DNA of 22,921 bases from Candidatus Bathyarchaeota archaeon (GTDB lineage: Archaea; Thermoproteota; Bathyarchaeia; TCS64). Position numbers and translations under genes: made by a program. The DNA lies in the NCBI GenBank assembly GCA_043826455.1, contig JBDRQD010000071.1:1-22921 (forward strand), in the 5' to 3' direction. This document shows positions 7,107 through 16,061 of the stretch, piece by piece. The notes beneath the pieces were generated by a model. The model was not told where the DNA came from and did no database searches. It saw only the letters and a program-made list of their open reading frames with translations. Each line of letters begins with the position of its first letter. Position 1 is the first letter of the stretch.

Positions 7107-10100
7107 CTACCTCTTCACGACCCCCAGTCTCACCCTAAGACCGTCGATCTCATAGTCCTGAGCCGCTGAGCCCGCCGGGGCCTCGCCCCTCACCAGCTCA
7201 TCACTCAGAGTCTCAGCCATAATATACTCAGCCTCGTCCTCGAAGACCTCATCCACCTCGGGGCTGCCCCGGAAGTAGGTAACTATGTGGTCGTCAATGT
7301 CGAAGTCGGCCTCCTTCCGCAGCGCCTGCACCCTGCGCACTATGTCCCTGGCCAGGCCCTCAGACTCCAAGTCCCCGGAGATCACCGTGTAGACGCCCAC
7401 CAGCATGCCGTTATCGTCCACCACCGAGTACAAGCCGTGGGGCACCGAGACCAACTCCACCTCGTCGGGCAGCACCTCGACAGGCCCACCGTCCACCATC
7501 ACGGTGACCGGCTCACCCTCGCTGAAGGCCCTGGCCTCAGCCGAGCCCAACGCCCTGACGGCGGCGGCCACCAGCGGGTAGACGCGGCCGTGCTTCCGCC
7601 CCAGCTTGGCGGGCAGCGGGTTCACCGTCAGGCTCTGCAGGAGACCCCGGTCTGTGGAGGCCCGCAGCTTCTTGACGTTCAACTCCTCGCGGACCAGGGC
7701 CGAGACCCTGTCCAAGCGGGCCAGCTGCGCCTCAGGCACCACCGCCACGGCTTCAGAGAGGGGCTGCCGGAGCTTTATGTTGGCCTGACTCCTGGCCGCC
7801 CTGCCCATGCTGCTCAGGCTCATGGCCAGATCCATCTCGGCCATCAGCTCAGCGTCCAGCATACTTGCGTCGGCCTCAGGCCACCTGCAGTGGTGTACGC
7901 TCTCAGGCAGACCCGGCTCAACAGGCCTCACCATCCTCTGGTAAAGGGCCTCAGACAGGTGAGGGGTGACCGGCGCCATCATGTACACCACCGTCTTCAA
8001 GCACCTGTACAAGGTGCTGTAGGCGGCCCTCTTCTCGTCGTCGGCCTCCGTCTTCCAGAACCTGCGGCGACTGCGCCGCACATACCACTTGCTGAGGGCG
8101 TCCACGAACCTGTTTATCTCGTTGCACGCCGCCATGGCGTCGTAGCCGTCCAGCGCCTCTGAGACCCTCATAAGGGTCTGCTGCAGCTTGGAGAGTATCC
8201 ACCTGTCCAGATGCGACAACGTCTTCGGCTGCTGGTCGGGTGTCCACCGGTCCAGGGTAGCGTACTGGTAGAAGAAGTTGTACACGTTGAGCAGCGTCAT
8301 GAAGAAGAGGCGCCTCACCTCCTTAGCCCTCGTGTAACCGAAGAAGACGTTGTTCTCCGGCTTGCTGCCCATGAATATCCACCGCACCACGTCCGTCCCC
8401 ATGTTCTCCGCGGCCTCCTCAAACCAGATGGCGTTCCCCCAGCTCTTGTGCATCTCCCGGCCGTCCTCGGCCAGCACCTGGCCGTGACCCAGACACGTCA
8501 GGTAAGGGGTCCTCCGCTCCAGGATGGTGCTCTCAGCCAGCATGGCGTAGAACCAGTTCCTGAACTGGCCCGGGAACGACTCCACTATGAAGTCTGCCGG
8601 GAACCACTTGTCCCAGTACTCCCTGTCCTGCCTGTACTGGATTGTGCTGAAACCCACTATGCCGGCGTCCAGCCACGGGTTACCAACGTCGGGTATCCGC
8701 GAGGCAACGCCGCCGCACTTCTCGCACCTGATCTTCACGGCGTCCACGTAGGGCCTGTGGGGGCTGTGACCCTCGAACACGTCCCAGCCCTCCACGGCAC
8801 GATCCTTCAGCTCCTCCTTGCTGCCTATGACATCGAACCAGCCGCAGCCGCACCTCCAGATGGGTAGTGCGAGGCCGTAGTACCGTTTCTTGCTGATCAT
8901 CCAGTCGTCCATGTTGCGGAGCCAGTCCAGCTCGCGCTTCAATCCGAACTCGGGTATCCACTGCACCTGTTTGGCTGAGTCTATTATCTGGTACCTGAGG
9001 TTCCTGTCCTTCTCCTCTGGTGTGACCTGGTCCTCGGGCTTGTCCAGCTTCTCCCCCATGTCTATGAACCACTCGCTGACATACCTGAAGACAAGCTCGG
9101 AGTCGCATCTCCAGCACACGGGGTATCTGTGGGTGTACTTCTGGGTCCTGTAGAGGAGGTTCTTCCTGCGGAGGTCCTCGAATATGGGATCAGCCGACTC
9201 GTAGACGTGGGTGCCCGTGAGCCACCCGAACCCGTCTATGATGACGCCGAACTCGTCCAGTGGCGCTGGGGCCGGAAACTTGTAGAGTTTCCCTAGCTGT
9301 AGGTCCTCCTTGCCTGCGCCCGGGGCTATATGGACTATGCCTGTACCCTCCTCCTCGCCCACAGAGTCCCACATGATGACCCTGTGGGCGTCGGGGACAC
9401 CCATCTCCCGGATCAATGGCAGCTCGTCGTAGGGTCCGTGGTACCTCCAGCCATCCATCTCCGCGCCCTTAAGCTCCTCCAGCACCTCCAAGTTCCTCTG
9501 GTCCTGTATGGCCGACTTGAGGGCCCCCTTGCTGAGGTACAGGACCTCGTCCCGGTACCGGACCTTCACGTATGTGAGGCCCGGGTGCACGGCCGCGGCC
9601 ACGTTGCTGGTGAGGGTCCACGGGGTGGTGGTCCACATGAGGAGGGCGCCCTCCCTGTCCCTGAGCCTGAACAGGACGTAGACGCTGGTGTGGGTGAGCT
9701 CCCGGTACCCCTCTGTGACTATCTCGTGCTGGCTGATGCCTGTACTGCACCTGGGGCACCAGGGCATAGCATCAGCTCCTAAGTATATCCAGCCCCGCTC
9801 GTGGCAGCTCTTCAGCATCCGCCATATCATGTAGTTGTTCTCGTCGCTGAAGGTGTAGTAGCTACCCCCCAGCTTCGGCATGCCCAGCTGCCCCACAAGC
9901 CACTCGGCGGTGCCCTTCACGGGGCCCCCACTGCCGACGTACGTGGTCTCCTTCATGGGGTTCTCCAAGGCGTCTGATAGCTTCCTCAGCTCCTCGGGGC
10001 TGTTCCAGTCGGTCCACATGCCCAGCCTCATGGACTGCTCGGTCTGGATGGCCGAGTACTTGAGCACCCGCTGCTTACACTTCTTCACGAACTCGGCCAG

Positions 10101-10445
10101 CCCATAGGCCTCGATGTCCAGCTTGGACTTGAAGCCCAGCTCCTTCTCCACCTCCACCTCCACCCACAGGCCCTGACAGTCAAACCCATTCTGGTTCCGC
10201 ACCTCATAGCCCCTCATGAACCGGTACCGGGCGAAGAGGTCCTTATAGGTGCGGCCCCAAGCGTGGTGGACCCCCATGGGGTTGTTGGCAGTGATGGGGC
10301 CGTCGATGAAGCTCCAGCTGAGCCTGTTCTCCCTTTCCTGTATCTCGACTCTCTTCCAGTAGGCGTTGGTCCTGTCCCAGAATTCCTGGACCTCGTTCTC
10401 GAGCTTGGCTATGTCCACTTTGCTGTCTAGGGGCCGGTAACTCAT
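7107..10445 (-). CDS. ileS: Isoleucyl-tRNA synthetase (type 2-like, non-canonical signature motifs)
   Basis: 1112 aa. DGPITAN..MGVHH (HIGH site), WTTTPWTL..N editing motif, GTGIVHIAP, H.YPVCWRC, DWMISKKRYYG, EMHKSWGN (KMSKS site), WYVRRSRRRFW and EGLARDIVRRVQ.LRK. GGAGG SD upstream. Confidence 0.97.
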   Translation of the reverse strand: MSYRPLDSKVDIAKLENEVQEFWDRTNAYWKRVEIQERENRLSWSFIDGPITANNPMGVHHAWGRTYKDLFARYRFMRGYEVRNQNGFDCQGLWVEVEVEKELGFKSKLDIEAYGLAEFVKKCKQRVLKYSAIQTEQSMRLGMWTDWNSPEELRKLSDALENPMKETTYVGSGGPVKGTAEWLVGQLGMPKLGGSYYTFSDENNYMIWRMLKSCHERGWIYLGADAMPWCPRCSTGISQHEIVTEGYRELTHTSVYVLFRLRDREGALLMWTTTPWTLTSNVAAAVHPGLTYVKVRYRDEVLYLSKGALKSAIQDQRNLEVLEELKGAEMDGWRYHGPYDELPLIREMGVPDAHRVIMWDSVGEEEGTGIVHIAPGAGKEDLQLGKLYKFPAPAPLDEFGVIIDGFGWLTGTHVYESADPIFEDLRRKNLLYRTQKYTHRYPVCWRCDSELVFRYVSEWFIDMGEKLDKPEDQVTPEEKDRNLRYQIIDSAKQVQWIPEFGLKRELDWLRNMDDWMISKKRYYGLALPIWRCGCGWFDVIGSKEELKDRAVEGWDVFEGHSPHRPYVDAVKIRCEKCGGVASRIPDVGNPWLDAGIVGFSTIQYRQDREYWDKWFPADFIVESFPGQFRNWFYAMLAESTILERRTPYLTCLGHGQVLAEDGREMHKSWGNAIWFEEAAENMGTDVVRWIFMGSKPENNVFFGYTRAKEVRRLFFMTLLNVYNFFYQYATLDRWTPDQQPKTLSHLDRWILSKLQQTLMRVSEALDGYDAMAACNEINRFVDALSKWYVRRSRRRFWKTEADDEKRAAYSTLYRCLKTVVYMMAPVTPHLSEALYQRMVRPVEPGLPESVHHCRWPEADASMLDAELMAEMDLAMSLSSMGRAARSQANIKLRQPLSEAVAVVPEAQLARLDRVSALVREELNVKKLRASTDRGLLQSLTVNPLPAKLGRKHGRVYPLVAAAVRALGSAEARAFSEGEPVTVMVDGGPVEVLPDEVELVSVPHGLYSVVDDNGMLVGVYTVISGDLESEGLARDIVRRVQALRKEADFDIDDHIVTYFRGSPEVDEVFEDEAEYIMAETLSDELVRGEAPAGSAAQDYEIDGLRVRLGVVKR

Positions 10446-10633
10446 ACAAGTCCTCCATTTTGAATGAAATTAAGCCTTTTCTGTGTCCGCTGGGGTTTAA
10501 ACCAGAATTTTACGGTCACCGGACACCTGAGGCACCAGAGGTATGACTTAATTTAGTGAATAAAAACGTATGGGTGGGTTAACATACAACGTTTAAGGGA
10601 TGACAGACGATCCAATCATGAGGTGGCTAACGG

Positions 10634-11662
10634 GTGAACGATGAGGCCGCTCTTCTAGACTGGCTGCTGGAAGCCGATGACCCCATGGTCAGGTACAACA
10701 CCCTGGTGAACATACTCAACAAACCCGTGGACTCAACAGAGGTGTCGGAGGCTAGCCGAGCCATGATGTCGTCGAGGCCTGTCTCAGCGATCCTCAGAGG
10801 GCTCGAGACTGGTATCACAGATAAGGAGGCCGCGGCCAAGTGGGGAGAGCCTGCAGCCACGGCCGGGTACGTCCCCAAGTACAAGGGCGCGGTCTGGAGG
10901 CTCATCTTCCTGGCTCAGGCGGGAGCAGACCCCGAGGACCCCAGGGTGGCGGAGCTCTGCCAGCATATTCTGAGGCACGCCTACTCGGAGAAGCATGGGA
11001 CGTTCGCGGTGAGCTTCAGAACCAAGAAAGGTTATAATGACGCCCTGATGCCGTGTTTCATGGGCAACATGGTTTGGAGCCTCTGCGCCATGGGCTACGG
11101 AGAACAGCCTGATGTGAGAAACGGCTTCCGGTTCCTCGTGGAGCACCAGAGGTTCGACGACGGATACTGGAAGACGCCCAACACCTACCCCTATAGGGGG
11201 CGGGGAGACAGGTGCTGGGGGACCCACACCTGCTACTGGGGCGTCACCAAGCTCCTCAAAGCCATGACGGTGGTGCCTGACTCCTACTGGACTGTGGAAG
11301 CTCTGGAAGCGAAGAGGAAAGCCGTAGAATTCGTCCTTCTACACAGGCTCATCTGGAGTAGCCACGCCCCAGACAGGCCCGTCTCGACCAAGACCACCAA
11401 CCCGACAAGGCTGACGACCCCCCTGACCTACTACGACGACGCCGTGGAGATCGCGTCAAACCTGCTAGCCCTCGGAGTCCAGCACGAGGCGATAGACTCG
11501 ACTATAGAGTACGTCAAAGATAAGGCGTGCATGAACGAGAGATGGGCGGCGGATAACACCCCCGGCCCCCTGGACGCACCCTTCGCCAGGAAGGGGCGGG
11601 AGAGCAAGTGGGTGACGTACCGGGTGCTAAGATTGCTCAAGCTGGCGAACATGCTGAAATAA
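10634..11662 (+). CDS. Conserved hypothetical protein, prenyltransferase/squalene-cyclase-like (alpha/alpha) toroid fold
   Basis: 342 aa with host-like codon usage. WLLE.DDP.VRY..L, Y.PKYKG.VW.L..LA..GAD, QW-like QRFDDG.W, HTCYWG..K.L and SKWVT match a widespread uncharacterised family (from recall). Confidence 0.6.
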   Translation: MNDEAALLDWLLEADDPMVRYNTLVNILNKPVDSTEVSEASRAMMSSRPVSAILRGLETGITDKEAAAKWGEPAATAGYVPKYKGAVWRLIFLAQAGADPEDPRVAELCQHILRHAYSEKHGTFAVSFRTKKGYNDALMPCFMGNMVWSLCAMGYGEQPDVRNGFRFLVEHQRFDDGYWKTPNTYPYRGRGDRCWGTHTCYWGVTKLLKAMTVVPDSYWTVEALEAKRKAVEFVLLHRLIWSSHAPDRPVSTKTTNPTRLTTPLTYYDDAVEIASNLLALGVQHEAIDSTIEYVKDKACMNERWAADNTPGPLDAPFARKGRESKWVTYRVLRLLKLANMLK

Positions 11663-11728
11663 TGACCGGTAACCCCATTACAGGTAACATTAATTATCCC
11701 AGCACAGCCCTATTAGACGGTGCATTAA

Positions 11729-12880
11729 TTGACGACTGAAAGGGAGCTATTAATGATCCCGGGACCCACCATAGTGTCCCCCCGGGTGCTCCGGGCCCTA
11801 TCCAAGCCCATCCTCAGCCACGTGAGCGGCGAGTTCGTGGACGGCTACGCCGAGGCCCTCAGCCTCCAGAAACAGCTATTCATGACGGAGGGCACCCCCT
11901 TCATGCTCAGCGGCAGCGGCACTCTAGGCATGGAGGCCGCCATAGCCAACCTCATGGAGAAGGGAGACAAGGTCCTCTGCGTGGAGAACGGCTACTTCGG
12001 CGAGAAGTGGGAAGAGGTGGTGGAGACCCACGGAGGAGTCGCTGAACGCCTCAGATTCGAGTGGGGCGACCCAGTGAACCTGAAGACGCTGGAGGAGAAG
12101 CTCAGCAGCAACGAGTACAAGCTGTTCACCGTGGAGCACGTCGACACAAGCACAGGCATCGCCAACCCCGTCGACAAGATCGGCAAGCTGGCCAAGAACA
12201 CCGACGCCCTGTACGTGGTGGACAGCGTCTGCGGCCTGGGCGGCATGCCCCTCAAGATGGACCAGTGGAACATCGACTTCTGCCTCACGGGCAGCCAGAA
12301 GGCTCTGGGCGCTCCTCCGGGGATCAGCCTCTTCTGCCTCAACCAGAAGGCGTGGGACGCGGTGGAGAAACGCAAGACAATGCCCACCGACTACTATGTT
12401 AATCTGAAGAAGTGGAAGCCCGTCATGGACAACCCCCGAGGCTACTTCGCCACTCCCGCCGTCGGCAACGTCCTAGGCATGCTGGAGGCCCTGAAGATAA
12501 TCTTCGAGGAGGGCCTGGAGGCCAGGTGGGCGCGCCACAAGAAGTTCAGCGAGGCCTTCCAGGCAGGCGTCAAAGGCCTGGGGTGGGGCAGCTTCCCCGC
12601 CAAGGGCTACGAGGCTCATACGCTGGCTGTGCCCAAGGTCCCTGAGGGCGTTGACGACGCCAAGATGAGGGGCCTGATGTATCAGAAGTACGGTGTGGTC
12701 ATCGCCGGCGGCCTGGGCAAACTGGGAGGCAAGACTGTGCGCATCGGCCACATGGGCAGCGACATGGTGAACGACCTAGTGGCTACGATGGCCTCCATGG
12801 AGATGTCCCTGACTGAGATGGGGCACATCTCTGACCCAGGAAAAGCTGTAGGCGCCATGATGAAGGTTTTCGCCAAATAA
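11729..12880 (+). CDS. Class V PLP aminotransferase (alanine/serine-glyoxylate or serine-pyruvate type)
   Basis: LLMIPGPT, GSGTLGMEAA, HVDTSTG, VVDSVC, PLP-lysine motif GSQKALGAPPG, RIGHMG. TTG start. Confidence 0.95.
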   Translation: MTTERELLMIPGPTIVSPRVLRALSKPILSHVSGEFVDGYAEALSLQKQLFMTEGTPFMLSGSGTLGMEAAIANLMEKGDKVLCVENGYFGEKWEEVVETHGGVAERLRFEWGDPVNLKTLEEKLSSNEYKLFTVEHVDTSTGIANPVDKIGKLAKNTDALYVVDSVCGLGGMPLKMDQWNIDFCLTGSQKALGAPPGISLFCLNQKAWDAVEKRKTMPTDYYVNLKKWKPVMDNPRGYFATPAVGNVLGMLEALKIIFEEGLEARWARHKKFSEAFQAGVKGLGWGSFPAKGYEAHTLAVPKVPEGVDDAKMRGLMYQKYGVVIAGGLGKLGGKTVRIGHMGSDMVNDLVATMASMEMSLTEMGHISDPGKAVGAMMKVFAK

Positions 12881-12884
12881 GCCC

Positions 12885-12900
12885 ATTTTTTATATTTTTT
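12885..12900 (+). terminator. Oligo-T terminator after the aminotransferase
   Basis: ATTTTTTATATTTTTT directly after the stop codon. Confidence 0.55.
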
Positions 12901-13105
12901 AAATACAAAATTCATTAAAACCTAGATATCCAATTTCAAATATGCTAAAATCGATTACAGTGACCGGGTTACACTTAGCTCGGTGAATTGTTTGAAGTTC
13001 AGCCAGGAAAGGCCGAGAGCGAAGGGTGTCACCAGGAAGAAAGACAAACTGGATACAGCATCAAAAAAAGCTTTCCCATTAACGAGACACCGGGAACGAC
13101 CTGAC

Positions 13106-13942
13106 TTGGATAAAAAACCAAGAGTCACCCGCCTCAGGGACAACCCCGACTACAAAGACCTACTCCAAATATGGCCAAAGATAGTCGAATACATAGGCCT
13201 CAGCGAGTACGAGTCCAAAGTATACCTAAGCCTAATAAACCTAGGAACAGCAGGCGCCCGCAAACTAAGCCTCAACTGCGACGTCCCAAGAACTAAAGTA
13301 TACGGAACCCTCAAGAAGCTCATAGACTACGGCCTCGTCGTAGAGATACCAGGCCACCCCAAACAATTCGCCCCCTCCAACCCAGGGGAGTCCTTCAACA
13401 CCATCCTCAACATCACCAAGGAGAAGGCCACAGACTTCGACAACATCATCAAGAAACTGGACGAGGTCCACGAGAAACGCAAAGAGATACTAGGCCCCGA
13501 GAAAAAACTCATCTGGTTCCTGAACAAGGAGCACAACATCAAAGGCAAGTGCAACGAGATCATCCGCCAATCCGAGGAGGAGCTCAACATCCTCACCACC
13601 GAGGACGGCCTCGAGATCCTCTTCAACGCCGCCCACCGCCTCCTAGACGAGATGCTGGAGAGCGGCGTCGAGATAAAGCTCTACAGCCCCCTAGACCCCA
13701 AGGTGAACCCCCTGGCACGGGAACTAAGCTACATATACCAAGTCAAACAGGTGGAGATGGAGACCCCCATACTCTTCATCAACAGCGACAACAAGCGCTT
13801 CATCCTAGCCAAACTGGCCCCCAGAGGAGCAGAGAAGCCTATAGAGTCAGCCATGTTCACCGAGGACAAGGACCTCCTGGACCTGGTCCACCTCCTCCTC
13901 GTGGACGGCCAGAAACAGCTCCTGAAAACCATGCAAGCCTAG
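13106..13942 (+). CDS. TrmB-family transcriptional regulator
   Basis: GLSEYESKVYLSL...VPRTKVYGTLKKL.DYGLV winged HTH plus a C-terminal PLD-like effector domain (I.QSEEEL.I ... I.SDNK). The ORF is open from 12983, but the in-frame TTG at 13106 is the more plausible start. Confidence 0.88.
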   Translation: MDKKPRVTRLRDNPDYKDLLQIWPKIVEYIGLSEYESKVYLSLINLGTAGARKLSLNCDVPRTKVYGTLKKLIDYGLVVEIPGHPKQFAPSNPGESFNTILNITKEKATDFDNIIKKLDEVHEKRKEILGPEKKLIWFLNKEHNIKGKCNEIIRQSEEELNILTTEDGLEILFNAAHRLLDEMLESGVEIKLYSPLDPKVNPLARELSYIYQVKQVEMETPILFINSDNKRFILAKLAPRGAEKPIESAMFTEDKDLLDLVHLLLVDGQKQLLKTMQA

Positions 13943-13952
13943 GGGACCCACC

Positions 13953-14432
13953 TTGAGCCCGAACCAGGGGGACCCGGAAATAGCCCAGATCATAGAAAGC
14001 CTCGGACAGGGACCAAAGGTGATGCTCATCCAGGTAGACGGCACAGACATCAAGGAGAAGCTCACCCAGACCAACCTCCACGTATGCACCCAGACCCTGG
14101 ACAGCCTCCTCACCCTGGACGAGGCCAGGTTCACCGAGAAGCTCATGGATAAAGACGTCATCCTCTTCACAAGGCTCCAGAAAGGCTGCAGGCTCCTAGA
14201 CAAGGTGACCAGACAAGTCATCGAAAGCCACCTGGGACGAACAGGGGCCACCCTACTATCCCAGCTGCAGAACCACGAGAAAGGCCCCCTCAGCCACCAC
14301 CACCTTATGACCAGGCTCGAAGCCACCATAGGCTCAGGGGCAGGAGCCATCCGGCGAGCCGTTGCCAAGGCCCTCTACCACGAGCTCAGGTCAAACCCAG
14401 GAGCACTACAGAATTGCGCAACGACAGAGTAG
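13953..14432 (+). CDS. Hypothetical protein with a C-terminal helical domain resembling DUF3227-type archaeal signalling-associated domains
   Basis: 159 aa, sandwiched in an operon-like arrangement between trmB and the kaiC-like gene. The C-terminus LEATIGSGAGAIRRAVAKALY resembles the 'L..ifG.GA..I...i.k.LY' pattern. The family call is from recall only. Confidence 0.55.
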   Translation: MSPNQGDPEIAQIIESLGQGPKVMLIQVDGTDIKEKLTQTNLHVCTQTLDSLLTLDEARFTEKLMDKDVILFTRLQKGCRLLDKVTRQVIESHLGRTGATLLSQLQNHEKGPLSHHHLMTRLEATIGSGAGAIRRAVAKALYHELRSNPGALQNCATTE

Positions 14433-15829
14433 AGACCGGAATAACACACCTGGACGCCGCCCTCCAGGGCGGGCTCCCTCGAGGCAGCCTCACCCTAGTC
14501 GCCGGCAACCCCGGCACAGGGAAAACCATCCTATGCGGAGAGTTCCTCCACAAAGGCGCCTCCTGCGGCGAGAGCTGCCTCTACGTGAGCCTCAGCGAGG
14601 GAAGAGACAGCTTCCTGGAGTACATGGGACGCCTGGGCCGCGACTTCACTGACCCCCAGACCCGGAGCCACCTGGACATTCTTGATCTGGTCTCCGTCAA
14701 GGAGGAGGGCCTGGACATCCTCATGGAGATGATCATCACCCGCGTGGACACCCAGCGGGTCCAACGACTGGTCGTAGACAGCTTCACGGCCCTCAGCAAC
14801 GCCCTCACCGCCTCCATAGACGCCAGAGTCACCCTCCACATCCTCAGCAAGATCCTGGGCCAGGCCACCTGCACCACACTGCTCGTCACCGAGGTCCCCA
14901 CAGGCACCAGCCGGCTCGGCATGGGCGTCGAGGAGTTCGTCGCCGACGGCATCATAAGCCTCCGCCGCAGGGTGGTCAACGGCTCCACCCTCAGGGAGCT
15001 GGAGATAACCAAGATGAGAGGCACCCTGGTGGAGAGGCCCCTCCACCTCTTCACCCTCCACGGGGGCTTCAACGCCTTACCCCCCTTCCAGCCGGCGGAG
15101 ATCAGCCAGCCCAGGCCCTACACGCCCAGGCCCGACAGAGAAGACACCTACAGCACCGGCAACCAGCAGCTGGACACCCTCACAGGGGGCCTGAGGCGGG
15201 GGGACACCGTCTACGTGGATATGGGGGATAGCGTCCCCCCCATGGTGCCCGCCCTCCTGGTGGGGCCCCTCCGCTCAAACTTCCTCGCCCAGGGCCGGGG
15301 CGTCCTCTTCATGCCTCCCGGCGGCGAGAACCTGGACAGGATCCACAGGTTCGACCAGCAGTTCGCCCTAGGGCCCAGGGCAGCCAAGCTGGTCCGGATC
15401 GCCACCGCCCCCAACAACCAGGGAGGCCGCCCACCGGAGCTCGCCCTGGACCCCAGGGACCCCGACGCCGCCCTGCGGGCCTGGGCCGACTCCGAGGAGG
15501 AGCTCAGCAGAGAGACCGGCGGCCCCCTCCTGAAGATAATATACGTGGACAGCCTCCGGACATGCCTGCCCCACGCTGACCACAGAAGGTTCCTAGACCA
15601 CCAGTCCATGAGGGCTAGGGACGCGGGGGGCCTCCTGGTCCTCCTGTCCAGACCTGGGGACGATCACCTGAGGCAGCACGCCGGCAACCTGGCCCACACC
15701 CACCTGCAGGTCACAAACCATGAGGGAGTAATGCTGCTGCAGGGAGTCAAGCCGAGGACCCCCCTCCACGCAGTGGCTCAGGACCCGGCCCAGGGCCACC
15801 CGTCCCTCAGCCTGACACCCATCTACTAG
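14414..15829 (+). CDS. KaiC/RAD55-family ATPase with a degenerate second (GvpD-like) RecA domain
   Basis: N-domain: TGI..LD..L.GGLP.GS..LVAGNPGTGKT, YVSLSE, LVVDS, EEFVADGII.L, LEITKMRG. C-domain starts STGN..LD.L.GGL..G but has no GxxGxGKT. Confidence 0.88.
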   Translation: MRNDRVETGITHLDAALQGGLPRGSLTLVAGNPGTGKTILCGEFLHKGASCGESCLYVSLSEGRDSFLEYMGRLGRDFTDPQTRSHLDILDLVSVKEEGLDILMEMIITRVDTQRVQRLVVDSFTALSNALTASIDARVTLHILSKILGQATCTTLLVTEVPTGTSRLGMGVEEFVADGIISLRRRVVNGSTLRELEITKMRGTLVERPLHLFTLHGGFNALPPFQPAEISQPRPYTPRPDREDTYSTGNQQLDTLTGGLRRGDTVYVDMGDSVPPMVPALLVGPLRSNFLAQGRGVLFMPPGGENLDRIHRFDQQFALGPRAAKLVRIATAPNNQGGRPPELALDPRDPDAALRAWADSEEELSRETGGPLLKIIYVDSLRTCLPHADHRRFLDHQSMRARDAGGLLVLLSRPGDDHLRQHAGNLAHTHLQVTNHEGVMLLQGVKPRTPLHAVAQDPAQGHPSLSLTPIY

Positions 15830-16056
15830 AGCGGCTGCCTGAGGGCCCCGGCTACCTCCTCGTCGGAGGCGTCCCTCTGGACGCTCACCGCCTCGTCCAG
15901 GGGCACAAGGTGGCTCATGTTCACCCGCCTCCTCCTCACCTCTGGGCCCGCCACCACCACATAGTTGCGGTCGATGACGTCCACGATGACGCACCTGGCC
16001 CCAGCCTCGCGCCCCTTTAGCTTCAAACAGACACGCCCGATATCGTAAGCCGACAA
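15826..16056 (-). CDS. rpl14e: 50S ribosomal protein L14e
   Basis: IGRVCLKLKGREAG..CVIVDVIDRNYVVV.GP.VRRRRVN..HL.P. TTG start at 16056 preceded by a GGTGA SD-like sequence. Confidence 0.93.
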   Translation of the reverse strand: MSAYDIGRVCLKLKGREAGARCVIVDVIDRNYVVVAGPEVRRRRVNMSHLVPLDEAVSVQRDASDEEVAGALRQPL

Positions 16057-16061
16057 CGTAC

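Noticed and set aside
9864..9995. Intein in IleRS
   Set aside because: Too short and lacks intein splice-junction residues.
14414..15829. Circadian KaiC clock or gas-vesicle locus
   Set aside because: The second domain lacks Walker A, and no kaiA/kaiB or gvpA/gvp cluster is in the window.
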